Origin: Candidatus Omnitrophota bacterium
Lineage (GTDB): Bacteria; Omnitrophota; Gorgyraeia; Duberdicusellales; 4484-171
Assembly (NCBI GenBank): GCA_003565945.1
Contig: PXAH01000133.1
Coordinates: forward strand, 1-53,795
Direction: 5' to 3'
Length of the DNA stretch: 53,795 nt
The position numbers were made by a program, and so were the translations under genes. This document shows, piece after piece, positions 26,849 to 35,243 of this stretch (positions within the stretch are counted from its first letter, which is position 1; each line of letters begins with the position of its first letter). The notes under the pieces were generated by a model. It searched no databases, was not told where the DNA came from, and was given only the letters and a program-made list of their open reading frames with translations.

Positions 26849-27662
26849 TACTTTTAAGCTCCATTAAAGCGATTTCTTTTTCCTTTTTGACAGGGGCCCT
26901 CCCGTGGAAATCTACCACATGCTCCATAAAAGAAACCCCTTTGCCTTTAACTGTACGAGCAATAATAACTGACGGCTTCATCTTTATCATTTTTGCCTGG
27001 TTAAAAGCATAAAGTAATTCTTCGATATTGTGGCCGTCACATTGAATAACATGCCACCCAAAAGACTCCCACTTGTTAACCAAAGGTTCTAAGTCCATTA
27101 TTTCTTCTGTGCGCCCATCTATTTGAAAACCATTGAAATCAATAATTCCACATAAATTATCTACACGGAAATTAGCAGCAGCCATAGCTGCTTCCCAAAT
27201 ATTGCCCTCTTGTATTTCTCCGTCCCCCATAAGGCAATAGACTCGATAATCTTTATTGTCAAGCCTACCGGCCAAAGCCATCCCCAAAGCAACTGACAGC
27301 CCTTGGCCGAGAGAGCCGCTAGATACCTCAATGCCCGGGACCCGCCGGTCCGAATGCCCCTGAAGCATACCCCCTAATTTTCTTAATTTTTTAAAATTAT
27401 GGGTAGAGAAATAGCCTGAAATCCCTAAGGCCGCGTAAACCGCCGGGCAACAATGCCCCTTAGAAAGATGAAACCTGTCCCTCTGGTCCCAATCGGGATC
27501 TTTAGAATTATGTTTCATTACGTCAAAATAAAGGCAAGCAATTATATCGGTTGCCGAAAGGGAACCCCCTGGATGGCCGCTGCCAGCCTCAAAAAGCATC
27601 TCAATAATTGCCTTGCGCATAGCGTTTGCCTTGCTCTTTATCCTTTTAGTTCTTTTTTTCAT
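26823..27662 (-). CDS. Transketolase, N-terminal subunit (thiamine diphosphate-binding)
   Basis: GHPGGSLS, LSKGH and GDGEIQEGNIWEA motifs. Split-gene arrangement with the adjacent C-terminal subunit. Confidence 0.92.
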   Translation of the reverse strand: MKKRTKRIKSKANAMRKAIIEMLFEAGSGHPGGSLSATDIIACLYFDVMKHNSKDPDWDQRDRFHLSKGHCCPAVYAALGISGYFSTHNFKKLRKLGGMLQGHSDRRVPGIEVSSGSLGQGLSVALGMALAGRLDNKDYRVYCLMGDGEIQEGNIWEAAMAAANFRVDNLCGIIDFNGFQIDGRTEEIMDLEPLVNKWESFGWHVIQCDGHNIEELLYAFNQAKMIKMKPSVIIARTVKGKGVSFMEHVVDFHGRAPVKKEKEIALMELKSIEEDESKL

Positions 27663-28602
27663 ACTTATCTAACTCTTTTTTTAAACCCTGGTCATCAGGA
27701 AATTTCTCTAATCCCTGGCGGTAAATATCTATCCCCTCACTTTCTTTACCCATCTCAATATAGATAATACCTAAATGCAGATATATTTCAGGGTCTTCGG
27801 TGTAAAGCAAAGCTTCCTTGATGTATTTTTTAGCTCTTTCCAGTTCTCCTTTCTGAAAGTATACCCAACCTAAGCTATCCAGATAAGCACCGTTTTGCGG
27901 CTCTATCTCCAGAGCTTTCTCAATCATCACCTTAGCTTCACTCAAGTTAATTCCCTTCTCCGCGTAAGTATAGCCAAGAGCGTTAAGGCTGGGAGCATGA
28001 TTTGGGTCCACCGAAAGAGCATCCCGCCACTTCTGCATGGCTTCTTCCTTGCGCCCTGTTTCATGATACAGATAACCAAGCCAAAAAAAAGCTTCTAGGT
28101 TTTCCGGCTCCTTCTCTAAGATTTTTTTATATAGAGGAATTGCCTCTTTGGCCCTTTCCTGATAAAAATAGAACTGGGCTAAATGGGATGTTATGGTCAA
28201 ATCATCCGGCTTTTTGCGATAAGCCGCTTCCAAGAAATCTTGATATTCTGCCTCTAACTTATCATCTTCACTTTTATAAGAATATATAAAAATCAAAGCA
28301 AGGTAGGTATCAAGATTATCGGGTGCTATTCTCTTAGCTTCCTTTAATGTTTTTTCAGCTTCTTCAATTTTCTCCTGCTGGATTAACGCGCTTGCTATTT
28401 TATGGCGTATATATACCGATTCCGGATATCTTTTTTTAGCTTTTTCAAAATACTTCTGGGCTGAAACCGCATCCTGCTTTTGAAGAGAGTAAACCCCTTT
28501 TAAATAATTAGAATACAAGGCTTTTTGGCGAGAATGCCCATAAGAAGTAAACGCGGGTAAAACACACACTAAAATAATAAAAAACCTGAAAAAAGAAATC
28601 AT
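27646..28602 (-). CDS. Secreted tetratricopeptide-repeat protein
   Basis: Signal peptide MISFFRFFIILVCVLPAFTS, followed by about 8 TPR-like 34-aa units (A..YF.KA....P pattern). Confidence 0.8.
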   Translation of the reverse strand: MISFFRFFIILVCVLPAFTSYGHSRQKALYSNYLKGVYSLQKQDAVSAQKYFEKAKKRYPESVYIRHKIASALIQQEKIEEAEKTLKEAKRIAPDNLDTYLALIFIYSYKSEDDKLEAEYQDFLEAAYRKKPDDLTITSHLAQFYFYQERAKEAIPLYKKILEKEPENLEAFFWLGYLYHETGRKEEAMQKWRDALSVDPNHAPSLNALGYTYAEKGINLSEAKVMIEKALEIEPQNGAYLDSLGWVYFQKGELERAKKYIKEALLYTEDPEIYLHLGIIYIEMGKESEGIDIYRQGLEKFPDDQGLKKELDKYEKKN

Positions 28603-28615
28603 CTATTATTTAAGC

Positions 28616-28708
28616 TTATTTCTTGGTTTTATGTCGTTGTTTTTTTCTTCTTTTTTTAAACCAATGTCTTTTTACTTTTTTCTTTTTTTTCTTCCTACCA
28701 CAAGGCAT
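28616..28708 (-). CDS. Candidate 30-aa polybasic micro-protein
   Basis: My translation is MPCGRKKKKKKVKRHWFKKRRKKQRHKTKK. AGAGGTGG lies 4 nt upstream of the ATG. It is wedged 13 nt after the hisG stop and 13 nt before the TPR gene start. Confidence 0.45.
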   Translation of the reverse strand: MPCGRKKKKKKVKRHWFKKRRKKQRHKTKK

Positions 28709-28721
28709 GTTTCCACCTCTA

Positions 28722-29597
28722 TCAATAAATTAGCTTATTCAAAGGGTACTCTATTATCCCTTGAGCGCCATTTTCTTTAAGCAAAGGTATTACTCTTCTG
28801 ACTTCTTTTTCTTCTAAAATAACTTCGCAAGCAACCCATCCCTTCAGGGATAATGAAGAAATAGTGGGTTTTTTCAAGGCCGGTAAAAAAGAAATCGCTT
28901 TATCTAAATCTTTTTGTTTGATGTTTAACTTAAGCCCCACTTTACCCCTAGCCTCTAAGGCTCCCTTTAGTAACAGCAGGATATCATCTATTTTTTTCTT
29001 TTTTTGTTTATTTTTGTACGAATCCCGGTTAGCAATAAATTTTGTAACCGATTGGCATACTGTTTCCAGCTCTTTCAGCCCGTTTGCTCTAAGGCTTTGG
29101 CCGGTTTCGGTTAACTCCACTATCGCGTCAACTAAGCCGCTCTTTACTTTTACCTCAGTAGCGCCCCAACTAAACTCTACTTTTATGTCAATTTTTTTTG
29201 ACTTAAAAAACCGCTCAGTACATCTAACCAACTCTGTAGCTACCCTTTTTCCTTTTAGCTGGTTTATGCTTTTAAACTTAGAATCTTCTCTTACCGCGAC
29301 CACCCACCTTACCGGATTAAGTGTTCTTTTAGCGTATAGCAAATCTGAAAGCCGTAGAACTTTAGAATTATTTTCGAGAATCCAATCTTCACCGGTAATG
29401 CCACAGTCAAGCACTCCCTCCTCTACGTAACGAGACATATCCTGGGCCCTAACTAAAACCGCCTGTATCTGCGGATCATCTACAGAAGGAAAGTAAGAAC
29501 GGCTGCTAGGATAAATAGAAAATCCAGCTTTCCCAAAAAGCTCACAGGTTTGTTCTTGCAGGCTTCCTTTTGGTATCCCTAGTTTAATCTTAATCAT
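28722..29597 (-). CDS. hisG: ATP phosphoribosyltransferase (long form)
   Basis: IKLGIPKGSLQEQT, VRAQDMSRYVEEGVLDCGITGED and a C-terminal regulatory domain. The start is set at the ATG at 29597, preceded by AAGGAG; the track start at 29624 is TTG. Confidence 0.9.
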   Translation of the reverse strand: MIKIKLGIPKGSLQEQTCELFGKAGFSIYPSSRSYFPSVDDPQIQAVLVRAQDMSRYVEEGVLDCGITGEDWILENNSKVLRLSDLLYAKRTLNPVRWVVAVREDSKFKSINQLKGKRVATELVRCTERFFKSKKIDIKVEFSWGATEVKVKSGLVDAIVELTETGQSLRANGLKELETVCQSVTKFIANRDSYKNKQKKKKIDDILLLLKGALEARGKVGLKLNIKQKDLDKAISFLPALKKPTISSLSLKGWVACEVILEEKEVRRVIPLLKENGAQGIIEYPLNKLIY

Positions 29598-29625
29598 TAC
29601 ACTCCTTGTTAAAGAAAGAAGCAAA

Positions 29626-29654
29626 ATTATACAATGCCCCTATTCAATTGTAAA
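29626..29654 (-). promoter_or_regulatory. Sigma70-type promoter candidate for hisG
   Basis: The minus strand reads TTTACA (29654-29649), a 17-nt spacer, then TATAAT (29631-29626). This is about 30 nt upstream of the hisG ATG. Confidence 0.6.
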
Positions 29655-29765
29655 GGGAAAAATTATTTGTAAGCGCTTCCAATTTCTCCCTTTACCTTCC
29701 TTGAAGTCTCCCAATTTAAAATGTTATCCTTTGTGTAGGGTTCCATAAGGAGCCAAAGCCACGGG

Positions 29766-29800
29766 CCCTCTTCCGCTTAAGCGGAAGAGGGTGTATTTTT
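29766..29800 (+). terminator. GC-rich hairpin plus T-run (intrinsic-terminator shape in plus-strand polarity)
   Basis: CCCTCTTCCGC-TTAA-GCGGAAGAGGG (29766-29791) is followed by TGTATTTTT. It also lies 25 nt after the stop of the minus-strand marC-like gene, but without a T-run in that direction. Confidence 0.5.
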
Positions 29801-29815
29801 AAAAAAATAAATTTT

Positions 29816-30418
29816 TTAAAGGCCGAATGTTTCTTTTATCCCGGAAGCAATAAGATTCATACCAATAGCCCCTACTATAAACCCGTTTAGCCGTAAAAGC
29901 ATACCGGTTATTTTATCAAAAGCTACTCTCATTTTTTCTTTCAAAAAAATATACTTCAAAGCAAACAGAAAAAAAACCAAACTAATATGAATACCCATTG
30001 TTAAGGCAATAATACCGGCAGCCTGAAAAAAATCAAATCTACTCCCAATGATAATACATAACGAAACTGTAGCCGCCCCCACCATAAAAGGTAAGGCAAT
30101 TTCTGCCGCTAAATCATCTAAATTACCTTTTAAAATAAAAAAAGATTTTTTTCCCTGAATTATAAAAGTTAAGGCATAAGCAATTATAACTATCCCGCCA
30201 AAAACCTTAAACGAAGCAAAATCGACAAATAAAAGATTTTCAAACATAGTTTTTCCAAATAGAACTGCCAGCAAAAAAATAAATAAAGATAAGGAACCGG
30301 CCTTAATTAATAGAAAGAAAAAATCCTGCCGGTTAAGTTCTTTTGCGACCGGATTAAGATACATAAATAAAGCAAAAGGGTTCAGGAGAACCAGAAAAGA
30401 AATAATAAATTGATCCAT
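29816..30418 (-). CDS. MarC-family (UPF0056) integral membrane protein
   Basis: 200 aa, six hydrophobic helices, and the N-terminus FLVLLNPFALFMYL typical of the MarC family. Confidence 0.8.
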   Translation of the reverse strand: MDQFIISFLVLLNPFALFMYLNPVAKELNRQDFFFLLIKAGSLSLFIFLLAVLFGKTMFENLLFVDFASFKVFGGIVIIAYALTFIIQGKKSFFILKGNLDDLAAEIALPFMVGAATVSLCIIIGSRFDFFQAAGIIALTMGIHISLVFFLFALKYIFLKEKMRVAFDKITGMLLRLNGFIVGAIGMNLIASGIKETFGL

Positions 30419-30446
30419 TTTAAAATCCTTTTTTAATTTGTCTAAC

Positions 30447-30474
30447 TTGACTATTATTATATGAGGTATAAAAT
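30447..30474 (+). promoter_or_regulatory. Sigma70-type promoter candidate for the DJ-1-family gene
   Basis: TTGACT (30447-30452), a 16-nt spacer, then TAAAAT (30469-30474). AAGGAGG lies 5 nt before the ATG at 30519. Confidence 0.5.
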
Positions 30475-30518
30475 TAAATTCAAATTAATTATCTCAAAAC
30501 GAAAGCAAGGAGGCTGAC

Positions 30519-31073
30519 ATGGAAAAAAAAGTAATCATACTATTAGCCGATGGCTTTGAAGAAATCGAAGCCATAACTTGTATTGACCTTTTAAGGCGAG
30601 CTGAACTAAAAATAACTGTTGCCTCATTAGGAAACCTAGAAGTGAAAGGATCTCATCAGATAAAAATAAAAGCGGATAAAGCGCTCAAAGAAAATAATTT
30701 TAACTACGCCGCCTGTGTTCTGCCCGGAGGAATGCCGGGAGCAAAAAACATTGCCGCCTCAGAGAAAGCAAAAAAACTGATTAATAAAATAAACACTGAA
30801 AAAAGAATAATCGCGGCGATTTGTGCCTCGCCGGCCATTGTCTTGGCCCCAATGGGGCTTCTAGATAACAAAAAAGCTACCTGCTACCCCGGTATGCAAG
30901 AATATTTTTCAAAATCAACTATCTATCAAAATAAAAAAGTAGTTGTGGATAAAAATATAATAACCGGCCAAGGCCCGGCGGCCGCCTTTATTTTCGCCTT
31001 AAAAATTATTGAAAAACTTTCTGGAAAAGAAAGAAGCGAAAAGATAAAAAAAGATTGCTTATTCAAGGACTAG
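30519..31073 (+). CDS. DJ-1/PfpI-family protein (YajL/ThiJ-like)
   Basis: 184 aa. LADGFEEIE, LPGGMPGA and the nucleophile-elbow AAICASP motifs. Confidence 0.9.
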   Translation: MEKKVIILLADGFEEIEAITCIDLLRRAELKITVASLGNLEVKGSHQIKIKADKALKENNFNYAACVLPGGMPGAKNIAASEKAKKLINKINTEKRIIAAICASPAIVLAPMGLLDNKKATCYPGMQEYFSKSTIYQNKKVVVDKNIITGQGPAAAFIFALKIIEKLSGKERSEKIKKDCLFKD

Positions 31074-31110
31074 AAATAGCTCTACTCCTATAAATAATTA
31101 AAGCAAAAAC

Positions 31111-32289
31111 TTAGGTAAATTGTTTATATAAGTTTAACAATAAATCAGTAATATGCTTCTGGGTAAAACGGGCCTCTACCATTTTACGTCCGGTAATTCC
31201 TAAGCGCTCTCTCAATGGATCCTCTTCAAACAATAAGGTAATTCGGGAAGCTAACTCTTCAAAATCCCTCACCGGCACCACAAATCCATTAACGCCATCG
31301 CTGATAATTTCAGGCATGCCGCCTGCCCGGGTTACTACCATCGGCTTTGCTGAAGCCATTGCCTCAAGCATTGTAAGGCCAAAAGGTTCCGACGCAGTTG
31401 AAGGATAAATACAAACATCAGTAGCCGCGTACATATAAGGCATCAATTCTAAGGGATAGGAATCAATAATAACATTATCACGTAATTTAAAATTATCCAC
31501 TAATCTTATGATGTAAGCTATATCTTTTTGCTGGCTAAGTCCCCAGTCAATAATATTTTTAGTGCCCGATAAAACAAGCATAGCTTTGGGGACCCTTTCT
31601 CTTACCAGGCGCATGGCCTTAATCGCTACATCGCAACCCTTAGCCAAACCCATGCGGGCCGGATGAAAAAAAACCTTTCTTCCTTTAAGTTGAGGATATT
31701 TATTATAAATACGGCTCGGATTAAGAGCCGGCCTAAACATATTCTCATCTATCCCATGGTGAACCGTAGTTATATTTCTATGGCTACACCCCAAACCAAT
31801 CAACTCTCTTTCAATAAAATGGCTTACCGCAATAATATGCCCCCACCTTACCGAAGTTGAAAGCTCACAGCACAACAAATCATCCCAAATATTATGAGCA
31901 GTAAGAATAAGAGGAATCCCTTTTTTATAAGCAATTTTTTCCAATATATATGTATGTGTTTTGCTAAAATAATGCATATTATGAACGTGTAAAATGTCTG
32001 GTTTTTGGCTTTCTATAAAATTTAAAAATATACGCTCAACATCTTTACCGATACCCTCCAAGCCCCTCTTAGCAAGCCAATTTAAGTCCATTACCGGCTC
32101 TCTAACTATATTTACGCCCTTAAAATTCTCTTTTCCTTTTTGCCCCTCAACGCTTGCAGTCAAAAGACTGACATTATGTCCACGCCGGGCCATAAAAGGC
32201 AATATTATTGTCAAATGAGTTTCAACCCCCCCGACTATGGGAGGGAACCCCCAGTGCAGATGCGCAATATTCATTTTTTTTCTTGCCAT
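31111..32289 (-). CDS. Family 4 glycosyltransferase
   Basis: 392 aa. GGVETH N-terminal motif and the C-terminal EPFGLTMLEAMASAKPMVVTRAGGMPEII (E-x7-E region). Confidence 0.88.
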   Translation of the reverse strand: MARKKMNIAHLHWGFPPIVGGVETHLTIILPFMARRGHNVSLLTASVEGQKGKENFKGVNIVREPVMDLNWLAKRGLEGIGKDVERIFLNFIESQKPDILHVHNMHYFSKTHTYILEKIAYKKGIPLILTAHNIWDDLLCCELSTSVRWGHIIAVSHFIERELIGLGCSHRNITTVHHGIDENMFRPALNPSRIYNKYPQLKGRKVFFHPARMGLAKGCDVAIKAMRLVRERVPKAMLVLSGTKNIIDWGLSQQKDIAYIIRLVDNFKLRDNVIIDSYPLELMPYMYAATDVCIYPSTASEPFGLTMLEAMASAKPMVVTRAGGMPEIISDGVNGFVVPVRDFEELASRITLLFEEDPLRERLGITGRKMVEARFTQKHITDLLLNLYKQFT

Positions 32290-32300
32290 AACTTTTTCCT

Positions 32301-34634
32301 TTAATAATATTTTTCAGACAAAGGAAGCTTACGAGTAGATTTTTTCTCCTCAAAAGTATAGAGCTGATTAGCATTAATTGTTCTCACAACCCCAAACACA
32401 ATAATTTTTAGCTTTTTCCCTGTTTTAGCCCGAGCCTTTACTTTCACCCTCTTATTACTTATCTGAAATTCCCAGATTATCTTTCGAAATAACAAGTTAA
32501 ATTTAATAGACTGCCAAGCTAAAGGCATAAAGGGCCAAACAGAAAGAAGATGGCCGCTTGGCTTTAGGCCGGCAAAGCCGGCAATTATACATTGCCATAC
32601 ACCACCTAATGAAGCCGCGTGCATACCTTCGTGAGTATTGCCGTGTAAATTGCTAATATCAGCACGTAAAGCAACATTAAAAAATTGGTATGCCCGGCTA
32701 AGCGCGCCAATTTCAGCGGCCATGAGCGCATGAATAGGAGCGCTTAAGGATGACTTATGCAGGGTTCTGCGCAAATAGAACCAAAAATTACTTTCTTTGG
32801 TTTTGTAATCAAATTTTTCCCCAAGCAAATAAATCAACATTATAACATCTGCCTGCTTAACAAACTGTGTTTTATTGTAGTCTTTAACCTTAACTCCTTC
32901 GGGAAGAAGGGGTATGTTGTTTTCATCAAAGTTAACTATCTCTATATATTGTTTTTTAAAAAAATTATCAAATTGCTCAATAACGTTATTTTTACTTTTT
33001 TTAACATTCAGCCCGGCAGAGATTTTCTGCCACTTTTCAACTTCTTTCTCAGTTAAGCTCAACTTAGCTTGAAGATTTTTGAAAGCTTTCATTTCTTTTT
33101 TTGCTTCCCAATAAAAAGTGTGGGCGGTTTCTAGATTCCACTTTGCCATCATATTTGTAAAAGCATTATTGTTTACCTTCTCGTGAAATTCATCCGGCCC
33201 CATAATATTTAATATTTGAAACTTTCCTTTTTGCTTTGGGCTAACTCGGGAAGCCCAAAACCGGGCACATTCAAAAATTATTTCATAGCCATAATCCTCC
33301 ATGAAACCTTTATCAGCGCTAATTTGAAAATAATTATAACAAGCATAAGCTATATCCGCTACAATATGTTGCTCGAATTCATTCGTTTTTATTTTAATAA
33401 TTGTTCCATCTAGGTTTTTTGCCCAAACAGGAGTTTGCTCGGTGCCGTCATCAGCTGACTCCCAGGGGAAAAGAGCCCCGTGGTACCCTTTTTCTTTGGC
33501 TATGGCTCTGGCCTGATTAAGCCGCCTGTAGCGATAAAGCAGCATATTCTTAGCTACTTCCGGCAGCTGATAAGCATAAAAAGGAAGAAGAAATATCTCC
33601 GCGTCCCAGAAAACATGGCCCCTGTATCCTTCACCACTTAAAGTCCTTGCCCCAATACTTGAGAGTCCTTGGTCAAAGTGGGCACAAATTAAAATATGGT
33701 AAATATTAAACCGTACATTCTTTTGAATATCAGCGGTACCTTCGATTACTATATCTGACCTATCCCATAAAAGCGACCATGCTTTGATCTGCTTATTTAG
33801 GAGAGTTTTGAAGTCACTTTTTAGAGCCTTAGAGAAAACTTTTTTTGATTCTTGTTTCCTTTTTGCAAAATCTTTATTGCTGGTAAAATTTGAGATATAG
33901 AAAACTTTAGTAAATATTAACCTCTGGTTTTTTGCTGACTTTATTTTAAACGCGTTTTCCCGCTCATAAACCCTTTTCTTTGCGCCAACTTTATAGTAAA
34001 GCCCGTGTCGATAGATAACATTATGGTGCTTCTCAAATGTTTTTACTACCAGTAACTCAGAATTCTCTTCTTTATCCAGCTGGCTAATCGAAAAATGGCG
34101 TTTCCTGCCTTCAGTGGCCACCCCTGAGTTATGTACCGATAAGTCTAACCCAGCCTGAACTTCTAACTCGATGTCAGAGTCAAGCGGAGTTAAAACTACC
34201 TGCATAACACCAATATTTTTATTTTCCATCGAAAGAAAACGAATAGATTGATAGTCATAACGGCGGCCCTTATTGTCCGAATAAAGAGTGTTCCTGGTCA
34301 GGGTGCCATTTTGAGTATTAAGGATTCTCTGGTGAGAAACCACATCCATAGCGGTTACCCCTATTTTTTGACCAAACGCAATCAACTTAAGATAAAAAGG
34401 GTTAGGTAGGTTAACTAATTCAGCTACTTGAGCGGTAAGGCTGTCGTAAAGCCCGGCAAGGTAGGTGCCCGGCTTGGCATCTTGGGGTTTTTCCTCTAAA
34501 ATACCGCGCGAACCAAGCAAACCATTACCTAAGGTAAATTGGCTCTCCCGGATATCTTGTAAATCTCTGCGAAATTCACTTTCTTTAATCCGCCAAAGTT
34601 CGTCACCACAATATTTAGAATAAAAATTTTTCAT
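32301..34634 (-). CDS. Glycoside hydrolase family 65 disaccharide phosphorylase (kojibiose/trehalose/maltose phosphorylase-like)
   Basis: About 777 aa. SQFTLGNGLLGSRG near the N-terminus, plus GYRGHVFWDAEIFLLPFY and MGPDEFH catalytic-domain motifs. I prefer the ATG at 34634 (MKNFYSKY) over the TTG at 34670. Confidence 0.85.
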   Translation of the reverse strand: MKNFYSKYCGDELWRIKESEFRRDLQDIRESQFTLGNGLLGSRGILEEKPQDAKPGTYLAGLYDSLTAQVAELVNLPNPFYLKLIAFGQKIGVTAMDVVSHQRILNTQNGTLTRNTLYSDNKGRRYDYQSIRFLSMENKNIGVMQVVLTPLDSDIELEVQAGLDLSVHNSGVATEGRKRHFSISQLDKEENSELLVVKTFEKHHNVIYRHGLYYKVGAKKRVYERENAFKIKSAKNQRLIFTKVFYISNFTSNKDFAKRKQESKKVFSKALKSDFKTLLNKQIKAWSLLWDRSDIVIEGTADIQKNVRFNIYHILICAHFDQGLSSIGARTLSGEGYRGHVFWDAEIFLLPFYAYQLPEVAKNMLLYRYRRLNQARAIAKEKGYHGALFPWESADDGTEQTPVWAKNLDGTIIKIKTNEFEQHIVADIAYACYNYFQISADKGFMEDYGYEIIFECARFWASRVSPKQKGKFQILNIMGPDEFHEKVNNNAFTNMMAKWNLETAHTFYWEAKKEMKAFKNLQAKLSLTEKEVEKWQKISAGLNVKKSKNNVIEQFDNFFKKQYIEIVNFDENNIPLLPEGVKVKDYNKTQFVKQADVIMLIYLLGEKFDYKTKESNFWFYLRRTLHKSSLSAPIHALMAAEIGALSRAYQFFNVALRADISNLHGNTHEGMHAASLGGVWQCIIAGFAGLKPSGHLLSVWPFMPLAWQSIKFNLLFRKIIWEFQISNKRVKVKARAKTGKKLKIIVFGVVRTINANQLYTFEEKKSTRKLPLSEKYY

Positions 34635-34672
34635 ATCTAACAAGGATTTATAAGGTTCATAACATATCAAGA

Positions 34673-34777
34673 GGAACCGGATAATGGGAAAAGCTCCCGG
34701 TTCCTTGATTAATTGTTAAAGATCCTTCGGCTTCGCTCAGGATGATGAACCGAATAATGGGAAAAACTCCCGGTTCC
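34673..34777. repeat. Tandem pair of about 31-nt hairpins, 74 nt apart
   Basis: GGAACCGGATAATGGGAAAAGCTCCCGGTTCC (34673-34704) and GAACCGAATAATGGGAAAAACTCCCGGTTCC (34747-34777). Stem GGAACCGG/CCGGTTCC with a 16-nt loop. Confidence 0.7.
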
Positions 34778-34861
34778 TCAATTATATTCATAAAAAGCAA
34801 TATTAGCAATAACTATCTTTACTTATCTAAAGCAAGCTGATAGCTTTGTTTATCCTTAAAA

Positions 34862-35239
34862 TTAACCTTTATGCTTTTGGATATTTTTTAAGGACTCGAT
34901 TAATTTCATTGCCTCCTTTTTACTAAGCTTATCAACACCCTCTTTGTGGTAATATTTTCGGATAAAATTACCTAAATGATCATCATCCCAATCTAAATTT
35001 CGTCCAAGAGTTTTTATGAATATTTTTTGGCGGACAGTCAAACCACCCGGCCCGGGCTGCCAGTGCCGGCTCCGGACAAAATAAGCCATCAACTTTTGAA
35101 AACCCTTCCGGTCTAAATCTTTAGCGCTTCTGACTCCGGCAGAATCCTTTAATATCTTACGATACTCCTTATCGCTTAGCCTAAGCTCTTTTTTCACAAT
35201 ATGAATAAGAGCTAATTTTTTTTGACCAATTTTTTCCAT
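34862..35239 (-). CDS. Phage Mu gp16/GemA-like protein (DUF1018)
   Basis: 125 aa. KKLALIHIVKKELRLSDKEYRKIL...SAKDL, then RQKIFIKTLGRNLDW...FIRKYY...L.KKEAMKLIESLK. This is collinear with my recollection of the GemA family. Confidence 0.6.
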   Translation of the reverse strand: MEKIGQKKLALIHIVKKELRLSDKEYRKILKDSAGVRSAKDLDRKGFQKLMAYFVRSRHWQPGPGGLTVRQKIFIKTLGRNLDWDDDHLGNFIRKYYHKEGVDKLSKKEAMKLIESLKNIQKHKG

Positions 35240-35243
35240 GCTT

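Noticed and set aside
28864-29430. 188-aa plus-strand ORF. Similar long antisense ORFs occur at 22128-22439, 44176-44505, 45761-46096 and 52420-52725.
   Set aside because: All are fully embedded antisense to genes with unambiguous family motifs (hisG, prs, nptA, the histidine kinase, TraB). They have Ser/Phe/Leu-rich, low-information translations typical of shadow frames.
34862-35239. A prophage or Mu-like transposable phage around the GemA-like gene.
   Set aside because: Flanking genes are suhB, an ECF sigma pair and a GH65 phosphorylase. No transposase, integrase, structural or lysis genes, and no repeats bounding an island, are visible.
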